A stretch of 64,000 nucleotides of DNA from positions 67,084,001 through 67,148,000 of the forward strand of contig OX597831.1 in the NCBI GenBank assembly GCA_951406725.2. The letters run 5' to 3'. A program made the translations under genes and the position numbers. Below are positions 36,563 to 48,720 of this stretch, piece by piece; position 1 is the first letter of the stretch, and every line of letters starts with the position of its first letter. The stretch comes from Octopus vulgaris (lineage: Eukaryota). Under the pieces are notes generated by a model. That model was not told where the DNA came from. It searched no databases and saw only the letters and a list, made by a program, of their open reading frames with translations.

Positions 36563-37847
36563 TCAGGTCATCCCATAAGTTCTGTTCAAATTTTGAATAA
36601 AGAAAACAAATGATCAATTGTTATATTTAATTGAAATTTAATCATCAATGTACTTTCCCTGATTATCTATGACTTCCTTTCATCTATTTACAAGGTTTTT
36701 AACTCCATCAATGTAAACCACTTTTGGTTTCAAAACGAAGAACTCTGAAATGTCAGTTTCGACCTCCTCCTGGCTTGCGAAAGTTATGTTCCCCAAATGA
36801 TTCTGTAAACTACAAAACAAATTGTAGTCTAAAGGAGCAAGGTCAAGAGAATAAGGTGGATGAGGAATTTTTTCCCAACCAAGCTCTTCGATCTTCTGTG
36901 ATATGATCTTTGCAGTTTGGGGTTGCGCATTGTCCTGATGAAACATCACTCCTTTTCGATTCACTAAAGCGGGTCTTTTTTTTCTTCAAAGCTTGGGTCA
37001 AACGCTCTAATCGCCGTCAAAAGACTTCAACATTGATTGTTGCATTAGGTGGTAACAATTCAAAGTGAATTACTCCTTTGCAATCCCACAAGACAGAGAG
37101 AAGAACCTTTTTTCCATGAAGTTCCCTTCTCGATTGTGGTTGAGCTTTTTCCCTTTTACTAAGCCACTGTTTACGACATTTAACATTTCGATAGAAGATC
37201 CATTTTCGTCACCAGTCACAAGTCTATCCAAAAAGGGTGAAATGAGTTCGTGAGAATGGAGAGAAGAGCAGATGTCAACTCGGGATTTGCGGTTGCTTTC
37301 GGATAATTCATGAGGCACCCATTTTCCAAGTTTAGGAACCTTTCCAACTTATTGAAGATGACGATGAACAGTTGTATGGTTTGAACTAAGCTTTATCGCC
37401 AATTCTTCAACTGATAATGCAGGATTTCCTTCAAGTAATGCCTCAAGGAGTTTATCATCAAACTCAACTGGACGTCCTGTTCGATCTTCATCTTCAAGGC
37501 TGAAATCTCCACTTTTGAATTTTGCAAACCATCTTCTGCACGTTCTTTCATTCAAGCATTCTTTCTCATAAACTGAGTGTATGTTTCGAGTCGCTTCGGC
37601 TGAAGAGTTTCCTTTTTTGTACTCATAAAGCATTAAGTGCCTTGAATGCTCTTTGGGTACTTCCATATTTTAATCAGGGTTTTAATCAATAATAGAATTA
37701 TTATTCTGTAAAATAATATTTAATTAGTTTAAATGTACACAAATACATAAAAAGAATTTTTAATTCCATTAGACATTCTAAAATACTATTAAATTTCATT
37801 CAATTTTAAAAAAGGTAAAATCGGACAGAACTTAAGGGATTATCTGA
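36563..37847 (-). mobile_element. Mariner (DD34D), second copy of the 15181-16441 family
   Basis: Same TIRs. MEVPKEHSRHLMLYEYKKG, VTGDE, FHQDNA and HPPYSLDLAPLDY, with frameshifts and stops. Confidence 0.95.
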
Positions 37848-38454
37848 TACACTCAATATTGGATGGCATGGCGTCTCCTGAGTTCATCATCCCTTTGACG
37901 GATTTTGTTACTTCATCTCACAAGTTCTTCAAAATATAACTCTTTTCACCAACTAAGTTTGGTATAGTCACCAGTTAAGATGTAAAGTTTTGATCATTCA
38001 TAAGGGTAGTTGTTACACTAAAACATAACAACCTGTATAAGAGATATATTGAAATACGATATAAAACGGAATAATTTTATTAACTTTATACGGTAGTTTA
38101 TAAATAATATTTGGTAGGAAAACATTTGCTTTTATTACCGCAGCGATTCTTGGCATGAAAACGGTAAGTCCCTCTAGTTTATCGAGATTTATGATTCTTA
38201 ACCAGACCTTGATCCTAGCTTCAATAAATTGAGTTCGGTTGGTTTGGAGACCAGAACCAGTCTCTTGGGAGTTGATCACAAAATTTCCTATTTAGTAAAT
38301 CTCGGTGCTGTTTCCTGGCTAGTGTAAAACCTACATTTATTTTTATAGGTTCAACCGTTTCATACTGGATTTTCCTGTATGACATAAGGCACCAAAGAGC
38401 TTCATTTGAATCATATGGCAACATATTACTGATCGAAGGAGTAGCCTAGTTTCC

Positions 38455-38540
38455 AAATAGTTTGTTAGTATTTAAAAGTTTGTCCAGTATTGCAACATAT
38501 TGCAATACTGGACAAACTTTTAAATACTAACAAACTATTT
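38455..38540. repeat. Perfect 41-bp palindrome with 4-nt loop
   Basis: aaatagtttg...attgcaa cata ttgcaat...caaactattt. Confidence 0.95.
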
Positions 38541-38619
38541 ACCAAACGGTACACAGACATGATGTCTTTCTGTAAAACATTCAAATAAAAACTCTTTATT
38601 TGCACTCTGTCTCACATAT

Positions 38620-38848
38620 TTAACCCTTTCGTTACTGTATTTATTTTGAGATGCTCTGTGTTTCTTTCAATTAATTTTAAATATAACAAAGAATTTAGTT
38701 AAATAACTTAGTTATCATTAATCTGGTGATAGGAACGTAAATTGTGACTAAGGCTTGGTGGAATATTTTAATTCAAAACTTATGAAAACAAGACATTTTA
38801 CCACAGAGCCAGAGCCGGTTTTGGCCAGGTTAGTAACAAAAGGGTTAA
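38620..38848. mobile_element. piggyBac-like MITE
   Basis: TTAA-ccctttcgttact ... agtaacaaaaggg-TTAA. Splits the Tc1 reading frame. Confidence 0.8.
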
Positions 38849-39577
38849 AGCCATTGTTCCACCAAGTTGAAATTTTCGTGTCATCATCCCATATAACTTT
38901 GTACCAATCTGTCTCCTATATTCTCTTGCTTAAAAAAGACATTTGCGTTGGACAACATTCAGCTATGATTTTTTTCCTCTTGGTATTATTGTCTAAAGTC
39001 ATCTGACAAAATGTTTGCATCTTACAACTCTGTCCCTTAAAGTATTCCTGTTTAAAAATTTGCTGTATTTCCTTTTATGTCGTCCGACGACGAATTCCTC
39101 GTGTTTCTGGGATGTTTTTGTTTTTGTTCTTGCTTTTTCTTTTTGCAGTCTTCCATCTTTCTTTCCTTTCTTCTTCGCGACACAAGCGCATGTTCTGGCA
39201 CTGCTTTTCTATAAATCGCTGGCGGAGAAATAAATGAGTCGCTGCTGTCTCTAGTAGTCGAGCGCCCATCATTTACGAGACCAAGGAAGGTCGAAATCAC
39301 GTGATCTGGTGCTCTCGGCGATGGAGGTGGTGGAGGATTTGTCTTCTCGCTAGTGGTATAAGCAAGTATGTATTTTGCACCAAAAGTCAGTATGAGAGTG
39401 TCTCTTGTGGTATCTACCACAGTATAGTTTGTTCTAACAGAACATCCACGTTATGGTACCTTAGGTAGTCTTTCACTCCTACTTTTTCCTATCTTATTCA
39501 TCTTATAAACGATTTATTTTCATTTTATTTTCATTTCTATTCCTTTTTTCCTTCAATATATTTTAAAGACAACACGT

Positions 39578-39779
39578 AGGTGCAGGAGTGGCTGTGTGGT
39601 AAGTAACTTGCTTACCAACCACATGGTTCCGGGTTCACTCCCACTGCGTGGCACCCTGGACAAGTGTCTTCTACTATAGCCTCGGGCCGGCCAAAGCCTT
39701 GTGAGTGGATTTAGTAGACGGAAACTGAAAGAAGCCCGTCGTATATATGAATATATATATATATATATGTGTGTGTGTA

Positions 39780-39834
<55 letters not shown>

Positions 39835-40037
39835 TTCTGTGTCTGTGTTTGTCCTCCTAGCATTGCTTGACAACCGATGCTGGTGTGTTTACGTCCCCGT
39901 CACTTAGCGGTTCGGCAAAAGACACAGATAGAATAAGTACTGGGCTTACAAAGAATAAGTCCCGGGGTCGAGTTGCTCGACTAAAGGCGGTGCTCCAGCA
40001 TGGCCGCAGTCAAATGACTGAAACAAGTGAAAGAGAG
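39578..40037 (+). mobile_element. SINE family 1, full length
   Basis: Head, (TG)n core and tail all present. Confidence 0.9.
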
Positions 40038-40456
40038 CTCGTTTCTTTTTTCTTACATTCTTCTTTTCTTGTAACTCATATCTTAAGGAAAAACAATGAA
40101 GTCACAACTGGCAAAATTTCAAAATAAAGGCATTTAGTGAATCTCTGAAACATCTGTGAGGATATATTTTTCTGTTAGTTTTACATTCATTCTCGACACC
40201 ATTAACGACCATTATATGAAAGCTCGTTGACTGGAAATTGACAAACTTATCTTTCAACGAATGAGTAAAAGAGCGCCTCTCAAAGCCTTCTTTTTTCTGC
40301 TCTAAACCTTAGATTTTTCGCAAAATATGGTTTCCCTCACTTCGCGTACATTCTTTACACGTTAAAAATTCCTGTTCTTGTTTCTTGTGTTTGTAATTTC
40401 TCTGTGGTTCCTATTTAAAACGACATATATTCGGATATTTAATACATCTGATGATG

Positions 40457-40521
<65 letters not shown>

Positions 40522-40926
40522 GTATGTATGCACGTGTTTTTACTGCTAACGTGTTTTCATATTTTTTGTAAAATTTATTTTTCAAAGACATTGAAATGAA
40601 AAATTTCAGCAGAACGCTGACCTAAATGCAATATAGATATTTCCGAGTTTAAATTTCGCAGTAATGTTTCTTAACCCATGCAATATAGTATACTATAGTT
40701 AAATAAAGGCAAATAATAGATAGTCAAACGAAGTCCCCGTTTGTAGTTGGTCCCGGAAGTTTCAGATTTCCCAGCTGAAATGTTCAATCACGTATAGACT
40801 TATAAACTACCTGCATTTAGTCGACTGTATCAATAATTCTGTTGTTTTAAAAAAAAGTCGTAAACCGAATCTGTTGCATTATTTCGATTCCAGTATGCAA
40901 TCACTTCACCCAAGTATTGGTGGAGT

Positions 40927-41234
40927 GTGTTTTGTTTGCTCCCTCTCGAGCCATGCCTGGTTCATAAGGGCCGGTCTCCCGGTTTCTTTGGCGTGTAGGT
41001 TTCCCACCTGGACGGGACGCCGGTCCGTCGCAGGTGAGCTGCAAGATACAGGAGGAAAGAGTGAGATAGTTGTGGCGAAAGAGTCAGCAGAAGTTCGCCA
41101 TTACCTTCTGCCGAAGCCGCGTGGAGCTTAGGTGTTTTCGCTCATAAACACACACATCGCCCGGTCTGAGATTCGAAACCGCGATCCCTCGACCGCGAGT
41201 CCGCTGCTCTAACCACTAGGCCATATGCCTCCAC
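40927..41234 (-). mobile_element. SINE family 3 with 11-bp TSD
   Basis: TSD attggtggagt at 40916-40926 and 41235-41245. Confidence 0.9.
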
Positions 41235-41354
41235 ATTGGTGGAGTAGTGGAGTGGGGATTAAAAATTTTTATATACGTATGTATGTATGTATGTATGTAT
41301 GTATGTATGTATGTATGTATGTATGTATGTATGTATGTATGTATGTATGTATGT

Positions 41355-41906
41355 CAGGTCACTTTCGAGTGCTACTGGTAACATGTAACCCAGTACAACC
41401 TGTTGCATCGTCGGGTCGTCGGCGACTAAACCGGCAACCCCACCAAGCTTGCTTCGTGAGGAGGGTGTTTATTGGACAACCTGCGGGATGAAAAACAAAA
41501 CCCGTCAAAGGGCGGAGGAACTCTTGAGAGTCAATGGCCATCCAATAAATGTCTTAAGGCTGTATCATGTGCGGGGACACAGAAATAATCGGACTGAATA
41601 CCCGATCGCGTGGTTAAACCATTGGGAGTGAAGGACTCCTAGCCTTTGTTAGGGCATCCTTCTAGGAGAAGGTAACTCAGGTAACTCGGATAACTCCGAC
41701 ATAAAACCTGCGGCTCAGTGGTTACCGATGATGTTGACTTGTTCTTCTTTTCGGATTATGGCTGCTGTTGCTTAGTGAGTGGGATTGACTCAGTGCACAG
41801 CCTTTCCTCACTTTAAAAAAATATCTTCTTGCACAGGCATTGCACGATAACAACATTGATTAAGCTTCGTGCAATGGCCATACTCGATAACGAGGGGGCA
41901 GCCACC
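41355..41906 (+). mobile_element. Non-coding structured retroelement (possibly a non-autonomous RTE derivative) inserted in (ATGT)n
   Basis: Flanked by ATGT repeats on both sides. Multiple hairpins. agggcatccttctaggagaaggtaactc resembles RTE 5' UTR sequence. Confidence 0.55.
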
Positions 41907-41991
41907 ATGTATGTATGTATGTATGTATGTATGTATGTATGTATGTATGTATGTATGTATGTATGTATGTATGTATGTATGTATGTGTGTA

Positions 41992-42045
<54 letters not shown>

Positions 42046-42275
42046 CGTACAATGGGCTTCTGCAAACTATAGTTGAAGATACTTATCTAAGGTTTCAGGC
42101 ACTGAGATCGAACCCCAAACTATATGCCTGTGAAGCGAACTTCGAAACCACACAGCCATGTTCACGCAGACACGCGCGCTCGCATTGTTTACCAAAACTT
42201 GTGAGGTAAAAACGATCATGCGGTTGGAAAACATTTAACAAGATCGGCGATCATTATGAAACGTCATAAATTTTA

Positions 42276-42361
<86 letters not shown>

Positions 42362-42362
<1 letters not shown>

Positions 42363-42512
42363 ATTGTTTTTTCTTTTGTTTCTTTTCCTTTTTTTCTTTT
42401 TCTTCTTCTTCCCTTTTACGATCCCTTTTGATCGACCCCCCCCCCCAAGAAAAGCTCTACTTTGTAATCTGTCCCGTCTGTGTGCAGCCCTGTGTGGCTA
42501 TTAAAGAAACAT
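42362..42512 (+). mobile_element. 3' tail of a retroelement inserted in (ATCT)n
   Basis: Pyrimidine-rich UTR ending cagccctgtgtggctattaaagaaac, with ATCT repeats on both sides. Confidence 0.45.
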
Positions 42513-42576
42513 ATCTATCTGTATGAATATATATATCTGTATTAAATGAAGAAGTGATGACGAGTGGCAACTAATA

Positions 42577-43476
42577 ACTAGCGGGACCCGTGAATATCTC
42601 ACGGAATCAACGACAAACTGATTGGGTTATTTCCGAAAACTTTAACCAAAAAACCTGAAAGCGAAGCCTGTGTTGTGTCTGTATAGAAAGGTAGTCGTTC
42701 ATCTGCAACTCATTGAAGAGTGAAAGTGACTGGACCACGATAATTAATGCACTTTATAGATATACTTTATATATTCACAATTTTATAGACTTAATACACA
42801 GCACCCATAAAATAAATATTTACTCTTATTTTTCCATTTCCCCCATAAACAAAAGAAAAAAAATCCCGTACATATGATACAACCTTTAGTTAAATTGCAT
42901 ATATCTGCCACGTAAATAAGCGTGAATATTTCACGGAATTGCGCTTATGCGCGTGCGTAAAGTGATAAGTGATATAAAAACAGCTCAATTTTTAAAAAAT
43001 ACATTTTTCACTATCCAATCACCACCACCACCACCACCCTCTCTCCCTTCTCTCCCTTCTCTCTCCCTTTCTTCCCCTCTCTCTGTGCCTTTATTTAAGC
43101 TCACCATCAGAACATCACCCCTCTGCTAAAATTATATTTTTAACTCTCCTGTATCTTTAACTAACTTTTTAAACCACGTAATAGATATTAGTTCTCCTTA
43201 CCTTACGTCATGGAACCTTCTCTCTCCCTATTTTTTTCTCTTCTCTGTCTCATTCTTCGCCTTATCCTCTTTTCTCTCTCTTTTTTCTTTCTCCTCTCTT
43301 TCACTTCAACTGAACGTGAAAGCGTTACAATTACATTCCCTCTACCTCACGTCATGGACGCTTCTTTCTCCCTCTTTTTCTCCCTTCCTCTTTTCTTTAT
43401 CCCTTTTTTCTCTAATCACGTGGAGGCATTACCGACGGACTAAGTAACGCAAGGACAAGTAGAATTATTATAAGAT
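42577..43476 (+). mobile_element. Possible non-autonomous Helitron/Helentron-like element
   Basis: 5' actagc..acccg start, hairpin ccgtgaatatctcacgg repeated at ~42921, internal duplicated cctcacgtcatgga motif, and 3' ttattataagat end. Confidence 0.4.
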
Positions 43477-43489
43477 AATTGTATACCAC

Positions 43490-44018
43490 ACACCACACAT
43501 CATTTACTACCCTTTTTCCCTCTCACGCACGCACACACACACACACACATGCACACACACACACACGCGCACATGCACTCAAACGCACACAACCCTCCAC
43601 ATACACTCACACAACATAGGCACACACATACACACATATACACGTACGTACATACACTTCCACACACCCGCAGTGTGAGAGAGAGAGACAGAGTGTGATA
43701 CACACACACGCACACACACACGCACACCCTTCAGACAACACATCCACACCCCACCTCATTCTTCCCACGTACGTGCACACACACACGCACGCAGGCACAC
43801 ACACACGCACGCACATATACATGAACGCACATATACCTGCACACACACACAACGCACATACATGCATATACATACGTACACACACGTACATAATTTCCAC
43901 ACTTACTCACACGCACATGCACACACACATCCCCATACGCACACATGAACACACATACATATACAGAGAGAGAGAGATGGAGAGAGAGAAAGAGAGAGAG
44001 AGAAAGAGAGAGAGAGAA

Positions 44019-44093
<75 letters not shown>

Positions 44094-44940
44094 CACAGAG
44101 AGTGACACACACACACACATATACAAGTTCCCCACTCCGTCTACATACACATGCTAAGAAACACACACGCACACACCCATACCCACCCATTCACACACCC
44201 TTCAAACTGCCCCTCGACTCACTACTGACCATCCCATCTACGCACACGTGCAAAACCCTCATACACACACACACACACACACACTGCCACAACCACCCAT
44301 AGCTGCTGATCTCTCACTACGACAAGAACACGCACACACAGACCATTCATACAACACAAACACATGGAAACAGTTTACTACACAGATACACAGTTAATAC
44401 CACGCACACAGTTACCACCACACACATACATACGCTACCATGCACAAGCACACACACACTCAGTTACTGCAACACACACGCTACCATACACATACACATA
44501 CACTCTATCACACACACATACCACCACCACATGCACACATACATACACACTCAGTTACTGTCACACACACATACGCTACCATACATACACGCTATTACAC
44601 ACACACATGTCACCACACATACACGCATGCACTCACATTACACACATACATACACAAAGATACCGACCGTTTTTCACACTCATGTCCCAGAAAGCACTTT
44701 CCTTTTGTCCATCTACTTCCGGTCATTTCAAAAATGTAACTACACGTGGACTGTTGGCAAGTTTTCTCCTCCTTCTCCCTTTTCTTTTGGACTTTCTTAT
44801 GTCTCCTGTTTCCGAAAAAGATCTATGCTCGAAACGCAAAACAACCACTGTTCCCTTCTCTGAGCGTCTTTTTAATACTTTGTATGCGTTACGTCCTCAA
44901 GTTGTTGTTTTTTCTTGTCTTTTTTCTTCGTTGTTTTAAT
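43490..44940 (+). mobile_element. PLE-type CA-rich 3' UTR ending in a degenerate HHR (44807-44843)
   Basis: tgttt CCGAAAAA gatc tat gctc GAAA cg CA aaaca, then the ctgagcgtc..taatac end motif. The 5' boundary is uncertain. Confidence 0.5.
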
Positions 44941-45019
44941 TATACATACATGCATACATACATACATAAATACATACATATATATATACTCACGTATATA
45001 CATACCTACACACATATGT

Positions 45020-45312
45020 ATGTCACCGTGACCGACCAGGCTATCAGATGTTGCTACACATCGCTGGTCACAATGCGTTTCGCATCGTTTTAGCCTTCAA
45101 ATGACGCCACCCCGCTGGCTAAGCGAACAGGCCAACAGAAGAAAGAGTGAGAGAAAGTTGCGGCGAAAGAGTACAGCAGGGATCGCCACCACCCCCTGCC
45201 GGAGCCTCGTGGAGCTTTAGGTGTTTTCGCTCAATAAACACTCACAACGCCCGGTCTGGGAATCGAAACCGCGATCCTACAACCGTTAGTCTACTGGGCC
45301 ATTGCACCTCCA
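45020..45312 (-). mobile_element. tRNA-derived SINE related to family 3
   Basis: gtggaggtgcaatggcccagt head, ggtttcgattccc B box and gagcgaaaacacctaaagctccacg. Confidence 0.8.
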
Positions 45313-45341
45313 CACACACACACACACACACACACAAATGC

Positions 45342-45372
<31 letters not shown>

Positions 45373-45403
45373 TGTATGTATGTATGTATGTATGTATGTA
45401 TGT

Positions 45404-45590
45404 ATAGATCGCTAGCCACTACACATTCTTTATTTTCTCTCCTTGTTTCTTTCTGTGTTCCTTTCTGTGGAAGAGCGTAGGCTCGAAACGTTAAAGACTT
45501 TTTCCACTTCCTGAGCGTTATAGTAATACATCTGTTTGTTGTCTACACCATCTGTCTTCGTCTTTTGTTTTTTTTTTGTGAATTCTCACT
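45404..45590 (+). mobile_element. Short PLE pLTR-type element with A6U HHR-like motif (45461-45496)
   Basis: cttt CTGTGGA a gagc gtag gctc GAAA cg TT aaag. Flanked by (TATG)n. Confidence 0.7.
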
Positions 45591-45599
45591 ATATGTATG

Positions 45600-45633
<34 letters not shown>

Positions 45634-45643
45634 TGTATGTATG

Positions 45644-45743
<100 letters not shown>

Positions 45744-45939
45744 GTACATATATGTATGTATACATATATTTTATTTATTACATTATTGTATGACTGAGCG
45801 CCATCGCGTCGTTTCGTTTCTTTTCTTTTCTCCAAGTAAGTTTTTATATATAATTAAGACGCGAACTCTATAATCCTTTGCTTGACCTTTCCTTCCTTCC
45901 TGTCTGTCTTCCTCTTTGCCTGTCTCTCTCCCTCTTATC

Positions 45940-46205
45940 TCCTCGACCAAATTTCAGGCTTTGTGCCTATACGTTAGCACGCCGGGCGAAATGCGTAGCC
46001 GTAATTCGTCTGCCGTTGTCACCCATAATTATGACCCTAGTATCGATCTATTGCATTTCAATCTGTTTTAGGGTTAGGGTTAGAGTTAGGGTTAGTTAGG
46101 GTTATGGTTAGGGTTAGGGTTAAGGGTGGGGGAAGGGTATCTTTTTTTTCTTCACAAATGTAAATAAACCCAATCTGTTTCTTAAACGAGGGACATATTC
46201 ATACG
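45940..46205 (+). repeat. Duplicate of the SINE/MITE chimera at 35236-35501
   Basis: Identical junction and TTAGGG array pattern. Confidence 0.85.
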
Positions 46206-46403
46206 GGTAATGGCGAAACTTCTGCTGACTCTTTCGCCACATACTTTATGACGTTACTCTTTGAAGTTGTTAAAAATATCTCCCGTGTCCTTCCCTTAAG
46301 GGTGCCTAAAGCAAATAATTCTTCATATAATTGAAAATCATCAGTTATAGTACAAATAAAATACAATACTTGTGCTGAATCTGTGGAATCCAAAGCTACT
46401 GAG

Positions 46404-46751
46404 ATGTCTTGCGAACAACTTGCACCTACAAGTTCTACCAATCAAAAACTCCGCATACCGGAAGCCAGCAAGTGTATGGGGTCATCAGGAGAGAATGCGC
46501 GCCGTTTCGGGGCCTACCTCTCGACGGCATCAATGCGCACTGATATGAGGCCCTGCTTGCTAGATCAGCTTGTTATCAAATAAAGTTCAATATCCTTCTA
46601 GCCATCGCTCATCGTCTCTTTTTAACCAAATCCAGTGGCTAGCCTTCTCCACTGCAGATTGGATATCGGTCATGGTGGTATTGACTTTACGATGAGTTAG
46701 GCCTAGCGATAACAACGGTCGTCTCACACTGTGTCCAACGAATCCTCTGAG
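46404..46751 (-). mobile_element. 5'-truncated Hero-like RLE LINE with 24-bp TSD
   Basis: RGFVGHSVRRPLLSLGL...AVEKASHWIWLKR. TSD tctgtggaatccaaagctactgag at 46380-46403 and 46752-46775. Confidence 0.82.
46474..46528 (-). ncRNA. Candidate non-circularly permuted hammerhead ribozyme with intact core, in the LINE 3' UTR
   Basis: Minus strand: gccg TC gagag gtaggcccc GAAA cggc gcgcatt ctctc CTGATGA ccccatac. Confidence 0.75.
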
Positions 46752-46815
46752 TCTGTGGAATCCAAAGCTACTGAGCAATATACATTTTCTTTTTGGATTA
46801 CATTTTTCAATTGCT

Positions 46816-46948
46816 CCGTTAAGATTACAGGGCAATTCATGCTGTTGATCTTGAAAGAGGCATCGCTTTATATTTGTTAACTTTATATAAATATAAAGCG
46901 ATGCCTCTTTCAAGATCAACAGCATGAATTGCCCTGTAATCTTAACGG
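46816..46948. repeat. Perfect 60-bp inverted repeat with 13-nt spacer
   Basis: Arms at 46816-46875 and 46889-46948. Confidence 0.95.
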
Positions 46949-48268
46949 TTACGAAATTCAATGCACAGCAACATTATTCTTTTCATAAAGACAATGAATA
47001 TGCCAAATTAGAGGGTGAGTCTCGAAAGATAGCATTGCAGAAATTGAAAGATGGAAAACAAAAGCAAAGACAATTTTTTCCAATCTGTGTTGAATCAAGG
47101 GAATGCTATGACAGAAGCCAGCTATAAGGTCGCATATTTACTTGGAAAAAATGGTAAGCCATTCAGCGATGTAGAACTCATAAAGGAATGTGTTTTAGAA
47201 GTGGTAGGATGTATAGATATTGAATTTCGTAACCGTTACAACTTAACCGTATCACAAAACAAGCAAGACATTTTGCCTCCACTATTTACTAAAAAATTTT
47301 GCAATTCCCATGCTTCATTGAAGATCCTGTTTTCTTCTTTCAAAGTTCGTTTTAATTTTTTTGATAAAATTATCGGTTAAAAAGAAATGTATTTCTTCTG
47401 AAAAGCCATAAAAATAAAAGTTTAATAACGACCCAAATAAAACAGTCTTAGACAAGACACGATAAACTTGCATCCCAGACCATGTTTTTGGTTTTGACTT
47501 TAGCAATTGTTACTACTGTTTGAGACTGAACAACATCTAGATTAGCTATAATTTTTTTTTTTTGTAATTAGTACTATTAATTATCATTACCTAATTGTTG
47601 CAGAAATAATGTCAAATATCGACGGTTTCTAACCTCACAAGATAACGATAATTGTTGAAGTTATGATCAAGATTCCACACACATGGTTTCGGACGCTGAT
47701 TGACCGTGTCTTGTCTCAGACCGTTTTGTCTGCAGCAGTTTGCAGCCGGCGGCTTAACAGAACAGCAATGAATACGATCACTGTGTCACTTACCAAGTCA
47801 CAATGATAAAAAAGCAAGTCTGTAGAATTAACGCACGCACTGATGGATTTACGGTTTCAAATAAGGCTATAACTAACTCAATCTCACAAAATAAGTCAGT
47901 ATCAAGTTGGCCTAAGTAAATAAAGTCCATAGCACAGATCACAATGGAAATGTGGACGAGACAGGAACACTTCGTGTATCATACGTGAAGTCACTTACTC
48001 CCACTTGGCTGCTGTAGCTGCCAAGGAAATTATTACTTTATATACTTGTTGCTTTTTTCATTGGGTTCAAAGAAAAATGCTTCCAATCTTTGGGAGTGAC
48101 ACCAATAAACACAGTTAACTTTCCTTTCGTCTAAGTGTGTATTGTAAGTTTAGGACGTATAATGATTTTAGACAAAAATTATTCAATCTCAAAAAAGAAA
48201 GAAAATGTACTAATGGCCGCAGACGGCCGCACTTAATGGCCCAGAAAGCCACAGGTTCTCCATCTCTG
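46889..48268 (+). mobile_element. Internally deleted hAT element (GTF2IRD2/SPIN-like transposase N-terminal relic + 3' end)
   Basis: KFNAQQHYSFH..YAKLEGESRKIALQKLK and TEASYKVAYLLGKNGKPFSDVELIKEC. Terminus gttctccatctctg. Confidence 0.8.
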
Positions 48269-48333
48269 GTTTAGAATCTTACTTCAAGCATACACATATA
48301 CTATTGCAGCGATGAATAAACAAATAGATATTA

Positions 48334-48720
48334 GTGGTAAGTAGCTTGTTTACCAACCACATGGTTCCGGGTTCAGTCCCACTGCGTGGCACCTTGGGCA
48401 TGTGTCTTCTACTATAGCCTCGGGCCGACCAAAGCCTTGTGAGTGGATTTGGTAGACGGAAACTGAAAGAAGCCCTTCGTATATATGTATATATATGCGT
48501 GTGTGTGTTTGTGTGTCTGTGTTTGTCCCCCCAACATCGCTTGACAACCGATGCTGGTGTGTTTACGTCCCCGTTACTTAGCGGTTCGGTAAAAGAGACC
48601 GATAGAATAAGTACTGGGCTTACAAAAGAATAAGTCCCGGGGTTGAGTTGCTCGATTAAAGGCGGTGCTCCAGCATGGCCGCAGTCAAATGACTGAAACC
48701 AATAAAAGAGTAAAAGAGTA
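48334..48720 (+). mobile_element. SINE family 1
   Basis: Same motifs as the other copies. Confidence 0.88.

Larger units (their letters stand above)
38050..39400 (-). pseudogene. Highly decayed Tc1-like transposase, interrupted by a MITE and a palindrome
   Basis: Fragments DWYKVIWDDDTK..NLVG..KYVRQ..E, WSPNQPNSI and MPRIAAVIKAN resemble the Tc1 W..VIWSDE, WPPNSPDLN and MPRRIAAVIKAKG motifs. Confidence 0.6.

Noticed and set aside
39052-39420. 122-aa ORF in CpG-richer sequence, considered as a host exon or promoter
   Set aside because: It is contiguous with decayed Tc1 transposase motifs on the same strand, so it is better explained as the 5' part of that relic.
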